A DNA stretch of 62,916 nt, the filler included, from Malassezia furfur (lineage: Eukaryota): assembly GCA_052055015.1 (NCBI GenBank). It is 38 parts of 38 records of this genome, joined end to end, with 100 filler letters (N's around TTAATTAATTAA, not from the genome) between each part and the next. Parts side by side here need not be neighbours in the genome. Positions count along the whole stretch, not along the records: positions 33,815 to 35,360 come from JBQJIT010001118.1; positions 35,461 to 37,005 come from JBQJIT010001119.1; positions 37,106 to 38,646 come from JBQJIT010001120.1; positions 38,747 to 40,279 come from JBQJIT010001121.1; positions 40,380 to 41,911 come from JBQJIT010001122.1; positions 42,012 to 43,543 come from JBQJIT010001123.1; 32 more parts are not named here. One strand, 5' to 3'. The notes under the pieces were generated by a model, which searched no databases, had not been told where the DNA came from, and saw only the letters and a program-made list of their open reading frames with translations. Positions within the stretch are counted from its first letter, which is position 1; each line of letters opens with the position of its first letter. Positions 33,815 to 43,643 of the stretch are shown one piece after another. Both the position numbers and the translations under genes were made by a program.

Positions 33815-35360
33815 CTTCGCCCGGTAGCTCGGCGGCGGTGTCGGTCGCCTCGTCGCTTGCGCAGAGCTCTGTCGCTCCCAGTGCGGCGGTTTCCAGCATT
33901 GTGTCGGCGGCGTCGTCTAAGGGCGTGACGGCCCCTGTGGTGGCCTCGTCGGTGGCTTCGGAGGCGTCGAAGTCGGCTGCGTCGGTGTCGTCTTCGCTGG
34001 CCTCGGTCGCGTCGTCGAAGGGTATTCCGGTGCCATCGGCTGCCGCTTCGAGCGCGTCAGAGGCATCGAAGTCGGCTTCGATCCTTTCGTCGGTGGCATC
34101 GGTGGCGTCGTCGAAGAGCATCCCGCTTTCCTCGGTGGCATCGTCGGCGATTTCGTCTCTGTCGTCGTCGTCGTCGGCGTTTGCCTCGTCCGTTTCGTCG
34201 GTTGCCTCGTCGAAGGGTGTGGCGCCGCCTGTCATTGCTTCATCTCTGTCGTCTCAGGCGTCGGTGTCGTCGGCGCTGTCGTCTTCGGCTTCGTCGATCG
34301 CATCGTCGAAGGGTGTTCCGACTTCGTCGGTTCTGTCGTCGCTGTCGTCGGAGGCTTCGAAGTCGTCGGCTGCGCTTTCGTCGTCGATCTCGTCGATCGC
34401 TTCGTCGAAGGGTATCCCGACGTCGTCGGTCGCTTCGTCTCTTGCGTCGGAGTCTTCGGCCTCGTCGGCGTCGGCCTCTTCCGCTCTTTCTTCGTCGATC
34501 TCGTCGATTGCTTCTTCGAAGAGCGTGCCGTCTTCGTCGGTGGCCTCGTCGATCTCGTCTGAGTCGTCGGCATCGTCGGCTTCGGCGTCATCTGCTCAGT
34601 CGTCGTCGATTTCGTCGATTGCTTCGTCGCAGAGTTCTCCCACCTCTTCGGTTGCTTCGTCTCTGTCGTCTGAGTCGTCGGCCTCGTCTGCCTCGTCGGC
34701 ATCTTCGGCCTCGTCGAACTCGACGGGTGTTGTGCCGGTTCCCGTTCCCACATCTGGCTCGAGCAGCGCCCTTCTGACTACGTCGGGCTCGAGCAGTGCT
34801 CCGTCGTCGTCTGGCTCTTCGAGCAGCGCTCCGTCGAGCTCGGGCTCGTCGAGCAGCGCTCCGTCTAGCTCCGGCTCGTCTAGCAGCGCTCCATCGAGCT
34901 CGGGATCGTCGAGCAGCGCTCCTTCGTCGTCCTCGGGTTCGTCTAGCAGCGCTCCGTCGAGTTCGTCTGGCTCTTCCAGCAGTGCCCCGTCGTCGTCTGA
35001 CTCTTCGTCGAGTGGCTCGAGCTCGAGCTCTTCTGGCTCGTCGAGCGGCGCTCCTACGTCGTCGTCTGACTCGTCGAGCAGCTCCAGCAGCAGTTCGAGC
35101 AGCTCTCCGTCGTCGTCTGACTCGTCGAGCAGCTCCAGCTCGAGCAGCCCATCGTCGTCGTCTGAGTCGAGCAGCTCGCGTTCCAGCAGCAGCTCGAGCA
35201 GCCCATCGTCGTCGTCTGAGTCGAGCAGCTCGCGTTCCAGCAGCNNNNNNNNNNNNNNNNNNNNNNNNNNNNNNNNNNNNNNNNNNNNNNNNNNNNNNNN
35301 NNNNNNNNNNNNNNNNNNNNNNNNNNNNNNNNNNNNNNNNNNNNAGCAGCTCGCGCTCCA
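33815..35360 (+). CDS. Extremely Ser-rich tandem-repeat protein (mucin/cell-wall stalk-like), open at both ends
   Basis: Repeats of about 33-37 aa (SSIASSKGIPTSSVASSL) then decamers SSSAPSSSGS; internal 100-N scaffold gap at 35245-35344. Confidence 0.75.
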
Positions 35361-35648
35361 NNNNNNNNNNNNNNNNNNNNNNNNNNNNNNNNNNNNNNNN
35401 NNNNTTAATTAATTAANNNNNNNNNNNNNNNNNNNNNNNNNNNNNNNNNNNNNNNNNNNNACGTCCGCGGCGCCCGGCGCGGCGCCCGGCGCGAGGCCGA
35501 GCAGCGCATCCACCGCGTCGGCGGGGGCCATGGTGGTGCCACGTGCGTGCGAACGTGACACGCGGTGCCCGGCGGGGTGCTGAGTCAGCGGTGGGTGCCC
35601 GCGCAGGGGTTGCGGACCGCGTGGCGCCCGGTGTGCGGCAGCGCCACG

Positions 35649-37004
35649 ATGGCAAACACGGTGGACATTGGGAAGTGCGTACCCACCCCCCCGCTGACCG
35701 GCAGGAACAAAAACGTGGACCTGACGGCGCCCACGCCGCAGAACACGCCGCTGAACAATGCGCCGATCGGGCGTGAGCCGCTGTCGCGCCCGACGGTGCA
35801 GACGATCGGCGAAGAAGACCGCGACGAGGACGACGACGAGGACGACGCGCCTGCGCCCGGCGCTGCGGCGGCGGCGGGTGGCGTCGCGGGCCTGCCCACT
35901 GCCGCGATCCAGGGCATGATCCAGGACAAGCTGAACGGGCTCGTGGGCCGCTCGTCGGGCTACATTGAGTCGCTCCCCGACGAGGTGCGCCGCCGCGTCG
36001 AGGGCCTCAAGGGCCTCAACGTCGAGCACCAAAAGATCGAGGCCGAGTTCCAGCGCGAGATCCTGGCGCTCGAGAAGAAGTTTGCGGCCAAGTACGCGCC
36101 GCTGTACGACCGCCGCAAGGAGATTGTGCTCGGACAGATCGAGCCGACCGCCGCCGAGGTCGAGTCCGGCGAGGCGGTCGACCGCGAGGACGACGAGGCG
36201 AGCGAGGACGACGAGGCGAGCGAGAGCGAGGAGGAGGAGCGCGACGCGCCGCGCTCGCTCGCCAACATCTCGATCCGCACCGACGCGCCCAAGGGCATCC
36301 CCGAGTTTTGGCTCACGGCGCTCAAGAACCACGTGGCGCTGTCGGAGGTGATCACCGAGCGCGACGAGGGGGCGCTGACGCACCTGATCGACGTGCGCCT
36401 GCGCTACCTCGACACCGCGCCGAACGCGAGCGCGGGCCAGGACCAGCAGGGCTTCCAGCTGGACTTTGTGTTTGCGCCGAACGACCACTTTACCAACACG
36501 ACGCTGACCAAGACGTACTTCTACGCGAACCAGGTCGGCTTCTCGGGCGACCTCGTGTACGACCACGCGGAGGGCACGACGATCGACTGGAAGTCGCCCG
36601 AGGCGAACCTGACGCACCGCGTCGAGACCAAGAAGCAGCGCAACAAGAACACCAACGAGACGCGCACCGTCAAGCGGTTAGTCCCGACCGAGTCCTTCTT
36701 CAACTTCTTTGCGCCGCCCAAGCCGCCCAGCGACGAGGACGACGAGGACGACGAGGAGCTCGACGCGCTCGAGGAGCGTCTCGAGCTCGACTACCAGATC
36801 GGCGAGGACCTCAAGGACCGCATCATCCCGCACGCGGTCGACTTCTTCACCGGCAAGGCGCTCCACTACGAGAACCCCGACGAGTGGGACGAGGACGAGT
36901 TTGGCGATGAGGACGACGACTACGACGAGGACGACGACGAGGACGACGATGCGCCCCGCCGCGGCGGCGCGCGCCAGGACCCGCAGGAGTGCAAGCAGCA
37001 GTAG
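35649..37004 (+). CDS. NAP1: Nucleosome assembly protein 1, complete, 1 intron
   Basis: APTPQNTP, LVGRSSGYIESLP, KGIPEFWLTALKN, ESFFNFF, LELDYQIGE; ends QECKQQ*. Confidence 0.97.
   Translation: MANTVDIGKCVPTPPLTGRNKNVDLTAPTPQNTPLNNAPIGREPLSRPTVQTIGEEDRDEDDDEDDAPAPGAAAAAGGVAGLPTAAIQGMIQDKLNGLVGRSSGYIESLPDEVRRRVEGLKGLNVEHQKIEAEFQREILALEKKFAAKYAPLYDRRKEIVLGQIEPTAAEVESGEAVDREDDEASEDDEASESEEEERDAPRSLANISIRTDAPKGIPEFWLTALKNHVALSEVITERDEGALTHLIDVRLRYLDTAPNASAGQDQQGFQLDFVFAPNDHFTNTTLTKTYFYANQVGFSGDLVYDHAEGTTIDWKSPEANLTHRVETKKQRNKNTNETRTVKRLVPTESFFNFFAPPKPPSDEDDEDDEELDALEERLELDYQIGEDLKDRIIPHAVDFFTGKALHYENPDEWDEDEFGDEDDDYDEDDDEDDDAPRRGGARQDPQECKQQ
35675..35704 (+). other. Spliceosomal intron, 30 nt (in frame, no stop)
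   Basis: GTGCGTACCCACCCCCCCGCTGACCGGCAG. Confidence 0.8.
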
Positions 37005-37105
37005 CNNNNNNNNNNNNNNNNNNNNNNNNNNNNNNNNNNNNNNNNNNNNTTAATTAATTAANNNNNNNNNNNNNNNNNNNNNNNNNNNNNNNNNNNNNNN
37101 NNNNN

Positions 37106-38256
37106 CGGCGCCCATGCAGCGTGCGTGCGGCGCGCGCCCGCATTGTCGCGGGCCCAAAGTCGTCCGTGCCCGTGACTGCCGTGTCGCGCACGATGCGGAA
37201 CGGCGCGGCGCCCAGCACGTCGTACACCGCCTGCAGCTCGGCCGTGTGCGTAGGCCGCATCGGCACGAGCAGGTGCAGCGCGGGCGCGGGGGTGCCTGTG
37301 CGCGCGAGGTGCCGGCGCGTCACGGCCGCGATCCACGCGGCATGCGCGACGTCGTAGATGCAGTCTGCGGCGATGAGCACGTCGAAGCGTGCGTCGCGCG
37401 GGACGTGCGCAAACGCACGCACCGCCGCGTCGTTCGCCGCAGGCACGGTCTGCGCCGTGGACGTGTACGGCGCACGCGCCGCGGCGCGTGCGCCTTGTTC
37501 TTCTTCTTTTTCGTTTTCTTCTTCTTCTTCTTCTTCGTAGACGTGCTGCCAGTCGAGGTGTGCGACGCGGCAGGCCGTAGCGTCTGCGTTCGCAGCCGCA
37601 TTGTATGCGAGGTTGTGCAGCACCACGGCGTGGTGGTCGGTGAGCACCGTGTGCGGCGCTGCTGCGTGCTGTGTGTGCGTGAACGCGTGCAGCGCAAGGC
37701 CCGCGAGGCCCGTGCCCGCGCCGAGCTCGAGCACCGCCGTGGGCGCCTGCGCCGCATAGTGCCGCAGCAGGCGCCGCGCGAGGTACGGCGCGGCGCCCCA
37801 CGTCCGCCCGCCGAGCGCGTCGTCGGTGAGCGCAATGTCGCGGATGTGTACGGTGGCTACGGCGTCGTCCGCGCATGCGGCACGCGCAAGGAAGAAGCGG
37901 TACGTGCACTGCCGCGCGCCGGCCGCCGACTGCCCGGCGAGGTGCACGAGCAGCTCGGCACATGCGTCGACGTGCTCGGGCGCGTGCTTGCACGACCACG
38001 CGATCGCGCCGCGCAGCCACGTCTGCACGTAGTGCGTCTCGAAGGTGTCGTCGGCCTCGGTGTCTGTGTCGGCGTCGGCGTCGGCGTCCGTGTCGGCGTC
38101 CACATCCCCCTCGTCCTTCTCGCCCACACAGATCCACCGCTCCGCATCGCCGTCCAGCCCGTACGCGGTGCGCAGCGCCGCGACGCCCGCAACGACGTCT
38201 GCGGCGCTGTGCACGCGCGCAAGGTCGCGCGACGGCACCCACGCCGGGGCTTCCAT
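37106..38256 (-). CDS. Family-16 (METTL21/EFM-like) protein-lysine methyltransferase, 3' partial
   Basis: GGRTWGAAPYLA, VLELGAGTGLAG, VLTDHH, LDW, FDVLIAADCIY. Confidence 0.88.
37498..37536 (-). repeat. (GAA)n microsatellite encoding EEEEEENEKEEEQ
   Basis: TTC/TTT run, strongly AT-rich against the GC-rich background. Confidence 0.9.
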
Positions 38257-38268
38257 GTGGAGAAGAAG

Positions 38269-38460
38269 GCGCGTGCGGCACGCGCCAGAGGGTGGCCACT
38301 GTGCGCGCCGCACGCGTCCGAGGGCCCTGCTCCTGGTGCATGCCGCACACCGGAGCCCCTGCCCCTAGTGCGCGCCGCACGCCAGAGTCCCTGTCCCTGT
38401 GTGCCCCGCACGCGCCAGAGACCCCTACCCCTGTGCGCGCGGCACGCACCAGAAAACGGG
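38269..38460. repeat. Intergenic imperfect minisatellite, about 6 x 31-35 bp
   Basis: Consensus GTGCGCGCCGCACGC(GC)CAGAGnCCCTGnCCCT. Confidence 0.8.
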
Positions 38461-38494
38461 CCGGCACATTCGTACACGGCGCCTCGCTACGGCG

Positions 38495-38646
38495 CTACAA
38501 AAAGGCCACGATCCGCTCGAGCCACGCACACACCACATCGCCGGGCGGCGGCGCGGTGCCCGGCAAGAGCGCCGCAAACCCAAGCTGCGCAAGCAGCGGA
38601 GCGCCCGCGCCGTCCGCGGCCGTGCGCCGGCGCTGCAGCGTACGCA
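38495..38646 (-). CDS. Probable C-terminus of an unidentified protein
   Basis: ..LLAQLGFAALLPG..VVCAWLERIVAFL*. Confidence 0.5.
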
Positions 38647-38746
38647 NNNNNNNNNNNNNNNNNNNNNNNNNNNNNNNNNNNNNNNNNNNNTTAATTAATT
38701 AANNNNNNNNNNNNNNNNNNNNNNNNNNNNNNNNNNNNNNNNNNNN

Positions 38747-39176
38747 GCACACGGTGCGGCACAACGATGCGGCGTCCGCCTGGCGCTACGTCGTGCTGCG
38801 CCTCGCAGCGGCGCACGCGGCACGCGACGCGGGCGCACACGTCCCGTCGGAGCACGCGGTGCGCCAGGGCGTCGCGCAGGCGGTGCAGACGATGCACGGC
38901 GTGATCGGCGCGGCCTTCGCCGTCGATGTGCTGTACGTCGGCACGCCGCTGGGCACGCACGACGCCGCACAGGTCGCCGACGCCGTCGTGCGCGTCCCGA
39001 GCGAGCACGTCGACGCGCTGCTGAGCGCGGTGGCGTCCATCGACCCCGCGGCGCGCGCGACACTCACCGACGGCCAGCCGCTGCGGGTGGGGGTGCATGG
39101 CGTGTCGCACAACCTCGCGATGCTCACGAGCGATGCGCGCGCGTGGATGGCCGCACAGCAGGCCGCGTGTCCCTAA
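38747..39176 (+). CDS. POP8: RNase P/MRP subunit Pop8-like
   Basis: WRYVVLRL..VRQGVAQAVQTMHGVIG..VDVL..AVVRVP pattern. Confidence 0.6.
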
Positions 39177-39221
39177 CAACTCATCCCTAGTAGTGCATGG
39201 TATGGAACAGCGGTGAAAAAA

Positions 39222-40279
39222 CTACAGCAGCGTGTGGAACACAATGTCCCAGAACTTGCTCGTGACGCCGAAGCCGAGCTCGTAGTTCTTGTAGTGGTGC
39301 TCGAGGTGGTACTTCTTCTGCTCCTTGAGGTACTGGGGCAGCTTGGTGTGGTGCATGGCGTAGTGGAAGGTATCATACACGATGTACATGGAGTAGGACC
39401 CCGAAATCACACCGTTCGCGATCGCCGTCGGGAGCACCGCGTGCGCCAGCAGCAGCATGGGGAAGGAGAGCGTCGCGAAAAGAATGGGCGGCATCACGAG
39501 CCGCATCTTGTCCATCGGCAGGAAATGGTGGATGCCGTGCAGCAAAAAGTGCAGCAGGTACGCCGCCTGGTTGCGCGGGAGCATCGAGTCCATGTGGAAC
39601 AGGAAGCGATGGAAGAGGTATTCAAGGAACGTCCAGAAGAACACGCCAAACGCGTACGACGCCAGCGTAAAGGTGTAGGCCCACGCCGTGACCGCAAAGC
39701 CGCTGCCCGACAGCTGCTCCTTGAACTGCATCGCGGACACGTGGAAGAACGCGGCGGCAATCGGGCCCCAGAGCATGGGGATCACATACCACGGCGTCAG
39801 CGTGAAGATCTCCAGGAACATGTTGGGCATCAGCCGCGCAGGGTCCTTGCGGTGACGGGGGATGTGCACCTGCTCGAGGTAGAACTCCTTGGTGAAGCGC
39901 GCGTGCCACATCTGGGGGATCAGCGGCTTGTCGAGGTCCAGGAACTTGTGCTCCTTGAAGTCGCGCGACACGTCCGTCTCCAGCGGCTGGAAGTCGTCGG
40001 TGATCGTCACATCGCCCAGCAGGTGCGGCGCGACGTTGTCCTCCTTGGCGACCTCGGCCGTCTTCGCATCCAGCACCACACCGATGTGGAAGTCCTCCAG
40101 CATCGCATACGCACTGCGCGAGTGGTCGTGCGAGAGCGGATCGGCCATCAACTCGGTCACATCCTTCCCGGCATGCTCCAGGATGAGGTCGTCACCACCA
40201 GGGTGGTCCTCAAGGAAGTCGGTCACATTGTACACCTTTCCTTTCACCACCACCCAGCAGTCCGACGCCTTGTTGTGCT
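39222..40279 (-). CDS. SCS7: Ceramide VLCFA 2-hydroxylase (cytochrome b5 + fatty acid hydroxylase), 5' partial
   Basis: VYNVTDFLEDHPGG; EYLFHRFLFH, LHGIHHFLPMDKMRLVMPP, YHLEHHYKNYELGFGVTS. Confidence 0.96.
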
Positions 40280-40379
40280 NNNNNNNNNNNNNNNNNNNNN
40301 NNNNNNNNNNNNNNNNNNNNNNNTTAATTAATTAANNNNNNNNNNNNNNNNNNNNNNNNNNNNNNNNNNNNNNNNNNNN

Positions 40380-40490
40380 CGCGCCGCGCCGACGAACGCC
40401 GCACCGACGAGCGCTGCGCGCCCCTCTGGCGCGGCCGCGTCCAGCGGCGCGCTCTCGAGTGCGGATCTTTCGTTTTTTGAGACGTTATAG
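40380..40490 (+). CDS. Probable C-terminus of an unidentified protein
   Basis: ..SSGALSSADLSFFETL*. Confidence 0.5.
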   Translation, partial: RAAPTNAAPTSAARPSGAAASSGALSSADLSFFETL

Positions 40491-40492
40491 CA

Positions 40493-40712
40493 TTACTTGG
40501 ACCCCCGTGTCTCCTTAAACAGGACATGCCGCTTGACTGCGTGAGCGGCGCGCACGTACCGACCGGGTCGTATTTCATCATGCTGAGCTTGTCCGCGATA
40601 CGGAGGCGGCGCGTGGTGTACATGTACCCCGTGCCTGCGGTGGACACGAGCCGCGCGATGATCACCCTGCGTCAGACGCGCGCACGTACCGAGCCTTGGA
40701 TTTGGCCGCCAT
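40493..40712 (-). CDS. MRPL39: Mitochondrial ribosomal protein bL33m, complete, 3 exons
   Basis: Spliced: MAAKSKARVIIARLVSTAGTGYMYTTRRLRIADKLSMMKYDPVVKRHVLFKETRGSK*. Confidence 0.95.
40537..40559 (-). other. Spliceosomal intron, 23 nt
   Basis: GTACGTGCGCGCCGCTCACGCAG; restores KYDPVVKRHVLFKE. Confidence 0.95.
40667..40689 (-). other. Spliceosomal intron, 23 nt
   Basis: GTACGTGCGCGCGTCTGACGCAG; restores KARVIIARLVS. Confidence 0.95.
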
Positions 40713-40761
40713 GGGAAGAAGGAGACGTACGTGCACGTGACGACGCTCTCGTGGACCGACC
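40713..40761. promoter_or_regulatory. 49-bp bidirectional promoter region (MRPL39/POM152) with CACGTGAC element
   Basis: Divergent ATGs at 40712 and 40762; CACGTGAC at 40734-40741. Confidence 0.6.
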
Positions 40762-41911
40762 ATGGCGGCGCGTGCACCGGCGCGCGAGCCGCGCATCCCG
40801 CTGGCGGTGGTGGATGCGCCGACGCAGCGCTTCTATGCGGCGGCGCTCTTTGGTGGTGCACAGGTGTGGAAGTTTTCGCGGATCGCTGCGGTGCACATGT
40901 GGGGTGCGCCCGCGCCCGTGTGGGAGCCGACGACCTTGTCGCGCGCGCTGCTCCTCGACTTTGCGCTTGTGTACGCCGTGTGGTGGCTCGCAATCCCGAC
41001 GGGCGGCGCGCCTACGCCTGCTTCGAGCGGCGTAGCGCCCGGTGTGCAGGCACGCGCGCCGCGCCGCGCGCTTACGACGCTCGACTACGTACTGGCCTTC
41101 TTCGCGCTGGCCGTCGTCGACGTCGTGGTGCTGGGCCGCGACACGCACCTCGGCCCTGTGGCGTCGTCGGCGCTCACGACGGCGCTCGCGCCCGTGCTGT
41201 CGATGGTGGGCCTCGATCCCGCGGTGCATCTTGGTCTCGGTGGGCACCGCGTGCGCGAGCGCGACGTGGTGCGTCCGTGGACGCACCTCACCGGGCAGCA
41301 CACGGTGCACCTGCTGCCGCACGGCACGGCGCGCCTTGCGCCGGAGCGTGTGTGCCAGTGTGTGGATGCAACTGCGCCCGTGGCGCTCCCCGTGGTCTTT
41401 CACCATCTCGAGCCGGCGCTGCTCGAGTACTCGGTGACGGACGTGGAGCGCGGCACGAAGCGCATGCTGACCGTCAAGGCGCCCAAGACGCGCGCGCTGC
41501 TGCGCGACGCGGTCGCGTATGCGCCGGACGCCGACGACGCGCCCGATGTGCCGCCGCACGCGCGCGGCCTGTCGCTCCAAGAGCGCAAGCGCCTGCGTGC
41601 CGCGGCGCGCGAGCGGGCGCAGCGCACCGACGACGGCGAGACGGTGCACGAGCTGCGCCTGACGCAGCCCGGGCTCGTGCGCCTCGAGCGCGTGCTGGAC
41701 AAGAACCGCAACGAGGCGCAGCTCGTCGACGCGCCCGATGTGCTGCTCGTTGCGTGCCCTGCGGCGTCGTTTGTGCACACAACGCCCTCCGACTACTGCC
41801 CGAACGACGACGGGGCGCTGGCCGTGCGTGTCGCAGGCGTCGCGCCGCTCGAGCTGACGTACACGCACGTCGCGCGCGACGGCGCCGCGCCCACGACCCA
41901 CACGCTGTCGC
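40762..41911 (+). CDS. POM152: Nuclear pore membrane protein Pom152, N-terminal part
   Basis: IPLAVVDAPTQRFY..QVWK, HLTGQHTVHLLPHGTARL, PGLVRLERVLD, VACPAASF. Confidence 0.85.
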
Positions 41912-42015
41912 NNNNNNNNNNNNNNNNNNNNNNNNNNNNNNNNNNNNNNNNNNNNTTAATTAATTAANNNNNNNNNNNNNNNNNNNNNNNNNNNNNNNNN
42001 NNNNNNNNNNNGGGC

Positions 42016-42117
42016 GCGGGACAAGGATGATCCCACACAATATAGAGTCAAGCACGGAGCTACACATGGGGGCCCTTGCGGCCTCCGGCTATGTCGACAA
42101 CGTTTTCTGACACCCGC
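42016..42117 (+). ncRNA. Intronic box C/D snoRNA, snR66-like (predicted guide for LSU rRNA Um2417 equivalent)
   Basis: Terminal stem GCGGG/CCCGC; box C AGGATGA 42024-30; guide TAGAGTCAAGC 42043-53; D' CGGA 42055-58; C' ATGTCGA 42091-97; box D CTGA 42107-10. Confidence 0.85.
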
Positions 42118-42163
42118 TGCTCGTCCCCCCTGGTGTGCGCGCAGAACAGAGACTAACGTGCAG

Positions 42164-43543
42164 CACTTGATTGTACGGCGACGCTGCCGCTGGTCAACTC
42201 GCTGAACCACTTTGCGTATCTTGCGTCGACCTCGCCGCGGATCCGTGAGATGGTCACGCTGGACGGCGGGCTGGAGCGGCTGATCCACATTTTGCGGACC
42301 TCGCCGCGGCGTGTGCCGAGCCAGACACGCGATGCGAGCGTGTACAGCGATCTGCAGGCCAATTGGAAGTGGAGCCTGGCGTTCCAGTGTGTGGTCAACA
42401 TTGGCGTACGTGGCAGCGAGGCCATTCGCACGCGGGTCGTGGAAGCCGGTGTGGCGCCCATCATTGTGCGCGTCCTGGAGAGCTTTTTGATTGCCGCCGA
42501 GCTGCAAAAGGACGAGATGGCGCGCCGTGCAACCGCCGAGGCGCACATGGTGCGCCGCTCTGGATACCCTGCCGGCGGTGCCCCCGAGGCGGCGCCGGTG
42601 CGGAGCGAGGTATCCGACGTCGCGTCGATGTCGTCGTCCGCGCGCCCCGTGACGCCAATGGAGATGGATACGCTCGCGCCCTCGACGCAGAGCCACGACA
42701 CCGAAACCGATGCGAACCTCACCGAAGGCAGCACGACGTCGTGCTGGACCGCGGCACACTCGGCTGCGAGCGCAAGCGCAAGTGCAAGTGCAAGTGCGAG
42801 CGAATGTGCCGAGGATACGGAGATGTACACCGAAGACGACCCCAGTGCGGAGTCAGACAAGCGCGTGGCCGCCGAGGCGACGCCGCGTGCGCCCGCACGT
42901 TCGGCGGACACGCTGGCTGATTCGCGCGCGTCGCTCGCCTCGCCGACGCACGCGCCTAGTGCGGAGGCGCTGGATGCTGCGCGCACGCCGCGCGCGCAGC
43001 CGCCACGTGCGCCCATGGACGAGGCGCCGCCGACGCCGACGCCTGCGCCGCCGAACCACGTGTACCGCGAGGAAGAGGTGCTGATGAGCCTGCAGTTGCT
43101 GGCGTACCTGTCGAAATACCCCCACGTCCGCCTCTTTTTCCACAATGCGGACGTGCGCGATGACATGCTCTTTTGCCCCGACTGGCCCGAGGAGACAATG
43201 CCGAACCGGTCGTGGGAGCCGACGGACCCCGTAAAGCGCAACGTGTTCTCGGTGGCGGAGCGCTTCACGCTGCGCTCCTCGCGCAGCACCGGGAGCACGG
43301 GCGCACTCAACTCCTTCTTCCCCCGCCTCGGCCATGAGATCCAGTACTGGGCGGGCGTCGTGATGCGCAACGCGTGCCGCAAGGACGAGTCGCGCGGCGG
43401 CATCCGGCAGTGCGCCAACATGCTGTGTGGCAAGTGGGAGTCGTACCCACGCGAGTTTGCCAAGTGCCGCCGGTGCCGCAAGGCCAAATACTGCTCGAAG
43501 CAGTGCCAGAGCAAGGGGTGGCAGATGGGCCACCGCTTCTGGT
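42164..43543 (+). CDS. MUB1: MYND-type zinc finger protein Mub1/SamB, exon after a long intron, partial
   Basis: Acceptor CTAACGTGCAG then ALDCTATLPLVNSLNH..DGGLERL; QYWAGVVMRNACRKD..CANMLCGKWE..CRRCRKAKYCSKQCQ. Confidence 0.95.
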
Positions 43544-43643
43544 NNNNNNNNNNNNNNNNNNNNNNNNNNNNNNNNNNNNNNNNNNNNTTAATTAATTAAN
43601 NNNNNNNNNNNNNNNNNNNNNNNNNNNNNNNNNNNNNNNNNNN

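Noticed and set aside
38269..38460. CRISPR array
   Set aside because: Units are degenerate, the intervening parts are short and similar to each other, there are no cas genes, and the host is eukaryotic. Kept only as a minisatellite.
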